Shown here in pieces: positions 7,463 through 14,642 of a stretch of DNA of 20,000 nucleotides. A program made the position numbers and the translations under genes. A model generated the notes under the pieces. That model ran no database searches and was not told the origin of the DNA. It worked only from the letters and a program-made list of their open reading frames with translations. How positions within the stretch are numbered: position 1 is the first letter of the stretch; every line of letters begins with the position of its first letter. The stretch is taken from the IMG/VR virus record IMGVR_UViG_3300020125_000260; one strand, given 5' to 3'. Source of the stretch: an uncultured virus (IMG/VR IMGVR_UViG_3300020125_000260). Taxonomy: Duplodnaviria; Heunggongvirae; Uroviricota; Caudoviricetes.

Positions 7463-8566
7463 GTGGCAGAACTCGATCAGATAAATCTCAGCACCCGACG
7501 CTACATTCGGGACAACCCCAAGCTGGTAGACAACGTATTTCAGAACGACCCTCTGCTGGCCTACCTCAAGCTCAACCTGCGCCAAGACTGGGACGGCGGC
7601 TCTCTTATTCAGGAGAACTTCGTCTACCGTAACCTGATCGGAGGCGGCTACCAGAAGGGTAAGACCTTCGATGGCTCCGAGCGTCAGGTCGAGCAGGGCT
7701 TTCAGATCATCCCCAAGACCTTCCAGGTGGGCGTGACCCTCGCCAAAGAGGACATCCAAGTCTTCAACCGTGGCGAACTCGCAGCCTTCAAGCTGGTGGA
7801 CTCTCGCATGACCACTGCCTACATGACCATGGGCGCATTCCTGGCCATCGGGCAGTACCTCAACGGGCAGGCGAACTTTATCGCCAACCTCAACGGCCTA
7901 GCGGAAATCTGCTCCGACGGCACCAACAATGGCTTCGACGGCGCCACCTACCTGACCTACGGAGGCATCACCCGCGGCGGCCAGACGCTCAATGCGCTAA
8001 AGTCCCCGCCGATTAATGTCAACGGGACCATCGAGTACAATGTGCTGGAGGAATCCTATGGCAACACTTCCTTCGGCAACATCGAGGCTAATCTCGGGGT
8101 GACCACTGTTCTCGGTTACTCCTTCATCAAGGAGAAGTTCCAGACCCAGCAGCGGTTCAACGACACCCAAGACCCAGCCATCGGATTCAACGGGCTGAAG
8201 TTCAACTCCGCGACGCTGATCAAGTCCCGCTACTGCCCTGGCACTGGCTCGGGCGGTTCCGCATCCGCCGACGGGATCGCTACCGCCGGCACCGACGCCA
8301 ACCTCGTGGCCGTGGACTTCCTTCAGCAGACCACCAACGGACTGGTGAACGCATATCCCACCGTGACCGGCGAGACGCTGTTCTGGGTTCAGGCGCGTGA
8401 GCCGTTCCTGAACTTCTACGTGTCCACCGACGCGGAGTATGGCTTCGGCTTCACCGGATTCAAGCCACATCAGCTCAATACATCGCTCGTCGGGCAGGTG
8501 CTATTTGCCGGGAACCTGACCGGGCATCCGCGCTATCAGAAACAGTTATTCGGCATCACCGGATAG
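7463..8566 (+). CDS. Major capsid protein (HK97 fold; P22/SU10-like), 367 aa
   Basis: N-terminus 'LVDNVFQNDPLLAYLK...GGSLIQENFVY' and 'IGFNGLKFNSATLIKSRYCPG' match podovirus-type coat proteins; strongly C-ending codons; follows the scaffold. Confidence 0.85.
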   Translation: MAELDQINLSTRRYIRDNPKLVDNVFQNDPLLAYLKLNLRQDWDGGSLIQENFVYRNLIGGGYQKGKTFDGSERQVEQGFQIIPKTFQVGVTLAKEDIQVFNRGELAAFKLVDSRMTTAYMTMGAFLAIGQYLNGQANFIANLNGLAEICSDGTNNGFDGATYLTYGGITRGGQTLNALKSPPINVNGTIEYNVLEESYGNTSFGNIEANLGVTTVLGYSFIKEKFQTQQRFNDTQDPAIGFNGLKFNSATLIKSRYCPGTGSGGSASADGIATAGTDANLVAVDFLQQTTNGLVNAYPTVTGETLFWVQAREPFLNFYVSTDAEYGFGFTGFKPHQLNTSLVGQVLFAGNLTGHPRYQKQLFGITG

Positions 8567-8572
8567 CCAACC

Positions 8573-8586
8573 GCCTTCTCGAAGGC
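8573..8586 (+). promoter_or_regulatory. Small hairpin after the capsid stop (GCCTT-CTCG-AAGGC), possible mRNA stabiliser or attenuator
   Basis: Perfect 5-bp inverted repeat 6 nt after the TAG; no U-tract, so not a canonical intrinsic terminator. Confidence 0.3.
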
Positions 8587-8634
8587 AAGCACGACTGAGG
8601 CCCGGCGGGGCAGTAAACACGCAGAGGAGGCAAC

Positions 8635-9237
8635 ATGGCAAACATCAGGGTCATTCAATCGCCCTACATCGGGCCGTTCGCCAATATTGAAGCTGTCGTG
8701 GAGCCATCCACTGGCTCGGGCGTGGGCATCCACGTCGGGGAACTCGGTGGCCGCGTGGAACTCACACAGACCGGCGCGGGCACCAAGGAATACCAGAAAG
8801 TGCAGCTCGACTCCGGCGCAGTGGCAGCTACCGCGGCTGGCGCACCGACCACCAACCAGCTACTCTACTGGAAAAATAAGCAGACCTATACCGTGACCAA
8901 CGACTCCCGCTTCGCTATCGGTGGCCAGACCACGCACGGCTGGCGCAACGAAGTCGCGGGCGTGCTCGTCCAACCGCAGGCCGCACTCACCGCCCAGATT
9001 GGCCTCGCGCCGTATATCTGGATTCAACAGAAGGGCAACTGTGCGGCGGTGAAAATCGCTTCCGGTTCCCCGAACCCTGGTGACACGCTCATCTCCGACA
9101 CCTCAGCCACTGCCGCCGAGGGCCTGATTGCCACGGCCTCGACCGCACCGGTTGTCCTGCCGCTGGGCCGGTTCACCACCGTGGGCACGACCGTCACCGT
9201 AGCTCCAGTCGATCTGGACATCCCCGGAATCCCGTAG
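8635..9237 (+). CDS. Capsid cement/decoration protein (200 aa)
   Basis: SD GAGGAGG; directly after the MCP; beta-rich with 'GGRVELTQTGAGTKEYQKVQ' and 'YIWIQQKG' typical of post-capsid decoration proteins. Confidence 0.55.
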   Translation: MANIRVIQSPYIGPFANIEAVVEPSTGSGVGIHVGELGGRVELTQTGAGTKEYQKVQLDSGAVAATAAGAPTTNQLLYWKNKQTYTVTNDSRFAIGGQTTHGWRNEVAGVLVQPQAALTAQIGLAPYIWIQQKGNCAAVKIASGSPNPGDTLISDTSATAAEGLIATASTAPVVLPLGRFTTVGTTVTVAPVDLDIPGIP

Positions 9238-9249
9238 AGAGGAGGCACC

Positions 9250-9516
9250 ATGGCAGCAGTCACAGTAGTACGTCAACGCACGGTTGTCTTCGGCGACCGC
9301 AAGGTGAAGCTCCTGAACATTAACATCGCCAACACGGGAGATTCCTATGCGACCGCCAACTTCGCGCATTCGATTGACGCCGCGCTGGCCGATGCTTCCG
9401 GTACCACGGTGGTGAACACGCAGATCACCACCGCTGGAGGTCCTGGCCCGGTGGTGTTCAACTACGCCGGTGGCGGTGCGCAGAACAACGTCGATGTGAT
9501 GATCATCGGAAGGTGA
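9250..9516 (+). CDS. Small beta-rich structural protein (88 aa)
   Basis: SD GAGGAGG; V/T/A/N-rich; lies in the head-gene block. Confidence 0.6.
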   Translation: MAAVTVVRQRTVVFGDRKVKLLNINIANTGDSYATANFAHSIDAALADASGTTVVNTQITTAGGPGPVVFNYAGGGAQNNVDVMIIGR

Positions 9517-9519
9517 CCC

Positions 9520-10473
9520 ATCGCACTCGACACATATGACCGCATAGTTGATGCCCTCCTGCTCAGGTGCCCCCTGGCAGGAGGGCAGCTCGCTGAGCAG
9601 TTCATCAACTATGCCTTCCGCGACCTGATCGAGAAGCGCAAGTGGTCGTGGTCGATCTCGCAGTCGCAGTTCATCTTTCCTGCGGCGGTCACCGCTGGCA
9701 CCGTAACTGTCACCAACCAGTCGAATGCGGTCGTGGGCATTGGCACCGCGTGGAACGCCACAATGATTGGCCAGCAGTTCCGCACCTCCACGCTGACTCC
9801 GATCTACACGATTACCGCAGTGGGCAGTGCAACCACGCTCACGCTGGATCAGCCGTGGGGAGCGGCATCCGCCAGCGGGCAGGGATATAAGATTTACATC
9901 GCGTACCAGATCCCACCACTCGACTTCCATGCCTTCGTGTCTATCTGGGACCCGAACTTCAGTTGGTCACTCTGGAGTACGGTCTCACAGGCGGAACTAA
10001 ACACCTACGACGCCCAGCGAGCGTCGCAGGGAACTCCCTACGTGGTAGCGGACTTCGACTATACCTCCCTTGCGTTCGGCGGGGCTACCATCACTCCCGC
10101 GCTGCCACGGTTCGAGGTCTGGCCGCACCAACAAGCTGCATACGTAATCCCGTTCATGTATGAGCGCCGCTTCCCCGATCTGAACGACGCGACCGGGCAG
10201 CTCCCACGGTTCATCCCCGGCAATGTCCTGCTGGAGGGCGGCCTTGCAGCCTGCGCGCGCTGGCCGGGGCCGGACGCCGATCACCGCAATCCCTACTTCG
10301 GATTGACCTTGGCAGGGATGCATCAGGAGCGTTACGATAAGGCCGTGCGGGAGCTGGAGCGGAACGATGATGAAGTTTATGGGCGGGATGTGAATTACGG
10401 CATCCAAGACCTGCCGTTCTGTCCGTATCCTTTCCCAGTGAACGCTAGCTACTTGCAACTACACGCAATCTAG
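9520..10473 (+). CDS. Head-tail adaptor/ring protein 1 (about 317 aa) with an inserted beta domain; probable ATC start
   Basis: Frame is open from 9517 with no ATG/GTG/TTG until 9733, yet 9520-9732 encodes an adaptor-type N-terminus (ALDTYDRIVDALLLRCPLAGGQLAEQFINYAFRDLIEKRKWSW). SD-like GAAGGTGA lies just before ATC 9520. The C-terminal part has 'GTPYVVA...FEVWPH...YERRFPDL...LPRFIPGNVLLEG'. Confidence 0.7.
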   Translation: MALDTYDRIVDALLLRCPLAGGQLAEQFINYAFRDLIEKRKWSWSISQSQFIFPAAVTAGTVTVTNQSNAVVGIGTAWNATMIGQQFRTSTLTPIYTITAVGSATTLTLDQPWGAASASGQGYKIYIAYQIPPLDFHAFVSIWDPNFSWSLWSTVSQAELNTYDAQRASQGTPYVVADFDYTSLAFGGATITPALPRFEVWPHQQAAYVIPFMYERRFPDLNDATGQLPRFIPGNVLLEGGLAACARWPGPDADHRNPYFGLTLAGMHQERYDKAVRELERNDDEVYGRDVNYGIQDLPFCPYPFPVNASYLQLHAI

Positions 10474-10481
10474 GAGGAACC

Positions 10482-10676
10482 ATGAGCAAGATGATCAAGA
10501 CCGGAGTCAGCGATTATGGCATGAAGCCATCATGTGAGCCCTCAGGCAACGTTGTCACGGATGGAAAGATGACTACAGTCCCGGTGCCTTCGCGCACATC
10601 GGGGGCAAACTCCATCCCCGAGGTAACGCTCGATCAATCGGCAGGGCTGCCGAGCCGGAGCGGTGGCGGCAAGTGA
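10482..10676 (+). CDS. Small low-complexity hypothetical protein (64 aa)
   Basis: SD AGGAGG at good spacing; GTGA coupling to rmlB. Confidence 0.65.
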   Translation: MSKMIKTGVSDYGMKPSCEPSGNVVTDGKMTTVPVPSRTSGANSIPEVTLDQSAGLPSRSGGGK

Positions 10677-11725
10677 GCCGCGACACCGTATTAATCACTG
10701 GAGGTGCCGGTTTTGGAGGCTCTCATATATGCCAGCACATCCTCGACAATACCGACTGGGACGTGGTGGTTCTGGACCGCATCACCTACGCCGGCTCGCT
10801 CGAACGCCTGGTGGATGTCCGACGCGACTATCCAGACCGGCTGCGATTCGTATATCACGACTTTCGCAGTCAGTATCCCCCGAGCGTCCTGCACGCGCTA
10901 CGGGGGGTACGCTATGTCATCCACAACGGCGCGGAGACGCACGTAGCGCGGTCGCTGGAGTCGCCAGCCGTGTTCGTCGAGTCCAACGTCCTTGGCACGA
11001 TGCACACGCTGAACGCAGCCCGCGTGCTGGGAATCGATCACTTTATCTACGTCTCCACCGACGAGGTGCTGGGCGCCGCTCCCGAGGGCGTGGACTACGA
11101 TGAACTAGCGCAAGTGCAGCCGTCGAATCCCTATGCTGCGTCAAAGGCTGGCGGCGAGGCCCTGGCGTTCAGCTACTGGAAGGCGTTCAAGCTGCCGGTG
11201 ACGATCACTCGCACGATGAACCTCTTCGGCGAGCGTCAGCACCCGGAGAAGTTCGTTCCGATGACGATGCGGAAGCTAATGGCTGCGGAGCCGTTGACGA
11301 TTCACGGCGATGCGACCGGTCGCAGCGGCGCGAGGAAATGGCTGCATGCGAGGAACCAGGCGAGCGCGTTGCTGTTCCTTCTGCGCGAATGGGACTTGGT
11401 AAGCGGCCCCAAGAATGGTCCGCGTCCATTTGGAAAGACCTTCCACATCGCAGGCGAGGAGCACACCAACCTTGAAATCGCGGAGCTGATCGCTGACGAG
11501 CTAAAGACCGACTTCGCCTATGAGATCGTCGATTTCACTCTCGCTCGTCCGGGGCACGACTTCCGCTATAGCCTTGACGATTCCAAGCTCCGTTCCCTCG
11601 GCTGGTTCCCTCCCGTGCCGTTCGAGGAATCGCTCCGTCGCACGGTGGCATGGTCGGCCCGCGCAGAGAACCGCTACTGGCTGGAGGAGTCGCACGTCCC
11701 AGTAGCTACCCTGGCAGGAGGCTAA
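10673..11725 (+). CDS. rmlB: dTDP-glucose 4,6-dehydratase (extended SDR, RmlB/RfbB)
   Basis: VLITGGAGFGG NAD motif, DRITYAG, AETHV.RS, catalytic STDEV and YAASK (YxxxK), QHPEKFVP, RPGHDFRY; all RmlB signatures. Confidence 0.92.
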   Translation: MSRDTVLITGGAGFGGSHICQHILDNTDWDVVVLDRITYAGSLERLVDVRRDYPDRLRFVYHDFRSQYPPSVLHALRGVRYVIHNGAETHVARSLESPAVFVESNVLGTMHTLNAARVLGIDHFIYVSTDEVLGAAPEGVDYDELAQVQPSNPYAASKAGGEALAFSYWKAFKLPVTITRTMNLFGERQHPEKFVPMTMRKLMAAEPLTIHGDATGRSGARKWLHARNQASALLFLLREWDLVSGPKNGPRPFGKTFHIAGEEHTNLEIAELIADELKTDFAYEIVDFTLARPGHDFRYSLDDSKLRSLGWFPPVPFEESLRRTVAWSARAENRYWLEESHVPVATLAGG

Positions 11726-11728
11726 CCC

Positions 11729-13006
11729 TTGCAGCGAGTCACCATCTCGGCGGCGAAGGGGAACGTCCAAGTCAACACGGGTGGCCAGATTTCAACCACT
11801 CTCGTGGAAGGCTCATTCCCCGGTTGCACGGTATCCGTGTTTATTACTGGAACTACGAACCTCGTCCCGGCGATCTACGGTGATAATCTCAATCCCCCGA
11901 CGCCGAAGGCTAATCCGTTTACATCTGATCTGCAAACTGGATTTGCATTCTTCTATGCCCCCAACGGTACGCGATGCGACATCCAACTATCTGGCACTGG
12001 GATTACTACACCGTTCATTGTTGCAGCTGATGTTTTGGTGGATGATCCCTCACTCCTCGCGGTGCTGGCCCCGCAGACCGTGGCCTTCAACGCGACTCCC
12101 ACCTTTGATCTATCGCAGGCGAGCTGGTTCAAGATGACCCTCACTGGGAACGTGACTGGGCCGGTGTTCTTGAACCCCGTCGCTGGATCGATCCTCATCT
12201 TGTCGCTGGCGCAGAACGCCGCCGGCGGCTGGACGTTCGCGTTCCCCGCAGCGTTCATTGACCCTCCAGCGATTGCTGCTGGAGTGAACGCCCGCACGGA
12301 GTTGATATTCAAGTACGACGGTGTGAACTGGACGGCGGTCGCGGCGACTGGCGATAACCTCCAGGTTCCGGGTAGTGGGGCCATCATCGGAGCCTTGACC
12401 GTCGGCGGAGCCCTCGTCGTCACTGGGGCGATCACCGCCGGGAGCTTCACCAACAACCTCTCCGCGTTCGCAGCCACTACCTCGGCACAACTCGCGGGAA
12501 TCCTGACCGACGAGCAGGGCTCTGGGAGAGCGGTATTCGATACGTCGCCGACGCTGACGACTCCAAGTCTTATAGCCCCAGTCGTCCAAGGAATCATTAC
12601 CACTTACAACGCCTTTACCCTTGTAGGAAATGGCATTCCCGTGCTTGCACAGACGATCGATCTCACTGGGCAGACCGCCAACATTGGCTCGACGCAGCTA
12701 ATATCACTGGGGCCAGGCGGCGCGGGCATGTACCGAGTCAGCGTCTATGCCATCGTGACCTCGGTGGGAACGACCTCCACCCTCCCGGCAGTGAATGTCA
12801 TCTTCACCGACAGGAACAACAGCGTGTCGCAGACGATTGCCATCACTGCCACCAACACCGGAAACACGACAACCACACTGGCGCAGGGACAGGCGTTCAT
12901 CTCCGCCAAGGCCAGCACGGTCATCAGCTACTCCACGACGGGATACGCATCCACTGGCGCGGCGATGCAGTACGCGCTGCACATCAAACTGGAGCCGATG
13001 CTGTGA
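11729..13006 (+). CDS. Tail fibre/tailspike-like receptor-binding protein (425 aa)
   Basis: SD AGGAGG before TTG. N-terminal anchor 'TVSVFITGTTNL..IY.D.....ANPFTSD..G...FYA'; fibre module 'DLSQ....TLTGN...Q.AAGG.T..FP...F.YDG.NW'; 'DEQGSG.AVF.TSPTLTTP' motif; C-terminal C1q/TNF-like beta domain (GMYRVSVY). Confidence 0.75.
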   Translation: MQRVTISAAKGNVQVNTGGQISTTLVEGSFPGCTVSVFITGTTNLVPAIYGDNLNPPTPKANPFTSDLQTGFAFFYAPNGTRCDIQLSGTGITTPFIVAADVLVDDPSLLAVLAPQTVAFNATPTFDLSQASWFKMTLTGNVTGPVFLNPVAGSILILSLAQNAAGGWTFAFPAAFIDPPAIAAGVNARTELIFKYDGVNWTAVAATGDNLQVPGSGAIIGALTVGGALVVTGAITAGSFTNNLSAFAATTSAQLAGILTDEQGSGRAVFDTSPTLTTPSLIAPVVQGIITTYNAFTLVGNGIPVLAQTIDLTGQTANIGSTQLISLGPGGAGMYRVSVYAIVTSVGTTSTLPAVNVIFTDRNNSVSQTIAITATNTGNTTTTLAQGQAFISAKASTVISYSTTGYASTGAAMQYALHIKLEPML

Positions 13007-13010
13007 TGCG

Positions 13011-13178
13011 CTACTGGATGCAGAACATGTTGTTGGGCATTGACGGGCACGGAGTCGGAGTCGGCGTGGGAGTAGGAGTTGCTCGGGGTGGCGGGTCGTC
13101 CTGTGGCAACACACGCTGGGCGAGGACGACAAACGCGCTGGACAGCAGCAGGATAACAAGCAAGATGAGTTTTCTCAT
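13011..13178 (-). CDS. Small secreted Pro/Thr-rich peptide (55 aa), antisense to the operon
   Basis: Sec-type signal peptide MRKLILLVILLLSSAFVVLA|Q; mature part QRVLPQDDPPPRATPTPTPTPTPCPSMPNNMFCIQ; perfect TATAAT 10 nt upstream; fits between two + genes without overlap. Confidence 0.6.
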   Translation of the reverse strand: MRKLILLVILLLSSAFVVLAQRVLPQDDPPPRATPTPTPTPTPCPSMPNNMFCIQ

Positions 13179-13188
13179 GAGGCTAGTA

Positions 13189-13194
13189 ATTATA
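13189..13194 (-). promoter_or_regulatory. -10 element TATAAT (possibly part of a bidirectional promoter)
   Basis: AT island GTAATTATATAACACAAT in GC-rich DNA; minus strand reads TGTGTTA-TATAAT; plus strand has TATAAC at 13193-13198; no convincing -35. Confidence 0.5.
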
Positions 13195-13216
13195 TAACAC
13201 AATCTGGAGGTGGCTT

Positions 13217-13387
13217 ATGCCAATCAGCATGTTGTTCTGGTTTCTCTTCATCCTGTGGGTTCTCTTCGGAGGCTGGGTATATCAACCCACCGCTGGAAAC
13301 TGGCGGCCATTCGGCGGCCATCTCCTGCTGTGCCTGCTGATCTTCCTCCTTGGTTGGCATGTGTTTGGCTTCGTCATCAAGGGGTGA
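13217..13387 (+). CDS. Small two-TM membrane protein (56 aa), holin candidate; absent from the ORF track
   Basis: SD GGAGGT at 13206-13211; translation MPISMLFWFLFILWVLFGGWVYQPTAGNWRPFGGHLLLCLLIFLLGWHVFGFVIKG*. Confidence 0.7.
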   Translation: MPISMLFWFLFILWVLFGGWVYQPTAGNWRPFGGHLLLCLLIFLLGWHVFGFVIKG

Positions 13388-13405
13388 GATAATGCAGCAA
13401 CTCAC

Positions 13406-14299
13406 ATGTCCAAGTCGAACGTCAGCCCGAATGTCGAGAAGCTGCACAAGTGCCCACGCTGCAAGGGCAGCGGGTTCGTTCCGCACGGGCGCGAGAAGAA
13501 GGTAGTCATGAAACCAGAATTCCAGAAGATCATCGACGACGCGACTGCTGCGTCCGCACTGGCTGACCAACAGGACCAGAAGATCGCCGACCTACAGGCG
13601 CAGCTGGCTGCCGCGCTCGGGCCAAAGCCTGTGGTCATATCCAACATCCAGTCGGTAATGCCGGAGACGCTCTGGTATGAGGCGCGCGACGCCTCGGCGC
13701 CGAAGACCGGACCACATGGCACGGTGAGCATCGTTCCGGGCAGTCCTGCGACGGCGGATTTCCACCCAATCACACTGCTCAGTGGTCACTCCGATAACTG
13801 CTACAACCTGCGACGACTCTACCCGACGCTAACCGCCGACCAGAAGGCCGCCTTGGACACCGCCAAGAACTTCTCCATCTCCTGCGACTACCTGTTTGAT
13901 CCTACGGCCTCGGTGCAGGCTGGGGAGTTGGACTATCAGATTCGCAAGTCCAATGGTGTGGTAATCAACGTCGGCCCACAGTTGTTACCTTCAGGTAGTG
14001 GCTGGCAGGTTCGCGGTTTCGACTTCATCAACAAGGTCTGGGTTCCACTCGGGGCCAAGGCTCCGGTGATCCCCGGCAAGCCGACGCACCTGGAGGTCTA
14101 TGCTACCTGTGACGATAAGATCGTGCAGTTCGCCAAGGTAGTGGTCGATGGTGTGACGACTCCGGTGACGTTCAGTCATCCGGTGAGCCAAGGCCCAACT
14201 GGACAGCCGTACTGCAACGCCGCGTACCAGCTCGATGCAACCGGCGATGCGAAACCTTACAAGGCCCAGATCAACAACCTAACGGTGACCTTTTCATAG
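13406..14299 (+). CDS. Protein with a CxxCxGxG knuckle, short coiled coil and a ConA/LamG-like beta-sandwich domain (297 aa)
   Basis: 'KCPRCKGSG', heptad 'LADQQDQKIADLQAQLAAAL', then a beta domain 'VQAGELDYQ...THLEV...VVVDG...AYQLD...INNLTVTF'. Alternative start ATG 13508. Confidence 0.55.
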   Translation: MSKSNVSPNVEKLHKCPRCKGSGFVPHGREKKVVMKPEFQKIIDDATAASALADQQDQKIADLQAQLAAALGPKPVVISNIQSVMPETLWYEARDASAPKTGPHGTVSIVPGSPATADFHPITLLSGHSDNCYNLRRLYPTLTADQKAALDTAKNFSISCDYLFDPTASVQAGELDYQIRKSNGVVINVGPQLLPSGSGWQVRGFDFINKVWVPLGAKAPVIPGKPTHLEVYATCDDKIVQFAKVVVDGVTTPVTFSHPVSQGPTGQPYCNAAYQLDATGDAKPYKAQINNLTVTFS

Positions 14300-14318
14300 C
14301 ATTGGCGAGGTGTAATTA

Positions 14319-14639
14319 ATGAACTCCCCCGGCCAAGTTTCATTACGTGAGTATTTGGAACAGCGTATGGACGCCATGGACAAGGAACACAAACTCCAGG
14401 CAGAAGAATTGGCACGGCGGCTGGATGAGTTGAATCATGCCCACGCTAAGCAGGTGCAGGATCGCGGAGAGTTTCTGACCCGTGCTGTGTTTGACCAATC
14501 ACAGAAAGAGGAACGCAGTTGGCGTGAACAGGTGAATAACACGCTGGCCGAGGCCAAGGGCAGAGCCACGATGCTAGCGGCCATCATGTCAACTGCCGTG
14601 GGGATCATAGTGCTCATAATCAGTAAGGTGTGGAAATAG
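14319..14639 (+). CDS. Coiled-coil protein with a single C-terminal TM helix (holin/XhlA-like architecture), 106 aa
   Basis: SD GAGGTG; charged helical body; 'MLAAIMSTAVGIIVLIISKVWK' C-terminus. Confidence 0.55.
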   Translation: MNSPGQVSLREYLEQRMDAMDKEHKLQAEELARRLDELNHAHAKQVQDRGEFLTRAVFDQSQKEERSWREQVNNTLAEAKGRATMLAAIMSTAVGIIVLIISKVWK

Positions 14640-14642
14640 AGA

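Noticed and set aside
8567..8634. Intrinsic terminator after the capsid gene
   Set aside because: The hairpin lacks a U-tract; kept only as a low-confidence structural element.
8540..8640. Programmed frameshift or readthrough extending the major capsid protein
   Set aside because: No slippery heptamer near the stop; the downstream gene is in another frame and has its own strong SD.
13003..13197. + strand ORF with a GVGVGV repeat coupled to the fibre stop
   Set aside because: Disfavoured, not excluded: the opposite strand gives a textbook signal peptide and a perfect -10, while this frame has no recognisable features.
13210..13392. ORF-track 60-aa ORF MAYANQHV...
   Set aside because: Its GTG overlaps the SD itself; the frame starting at ATG 13217 has proper SD spacing and a coherent two-TM product.
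9514..13405. Genome-wide TGA reassignment (in-frame TGA followed by open frame at 9514 and at 13385)
   Set aside because: TGA is a normal stop in many ATGA/TGATG/GTGA overlaps (441, 1656, 4233, 5403, 6223, 10676, 15356), and long conserved genes contain no internal TGA.
13392..13505. 37-aa ORF MQQLTCPSR... with a plausible SD
   Set aside because: Its codons are A-ending and unlike the rest of the genome, whereas the overlapping 13406 frame has the typical G/C-ending pattern.
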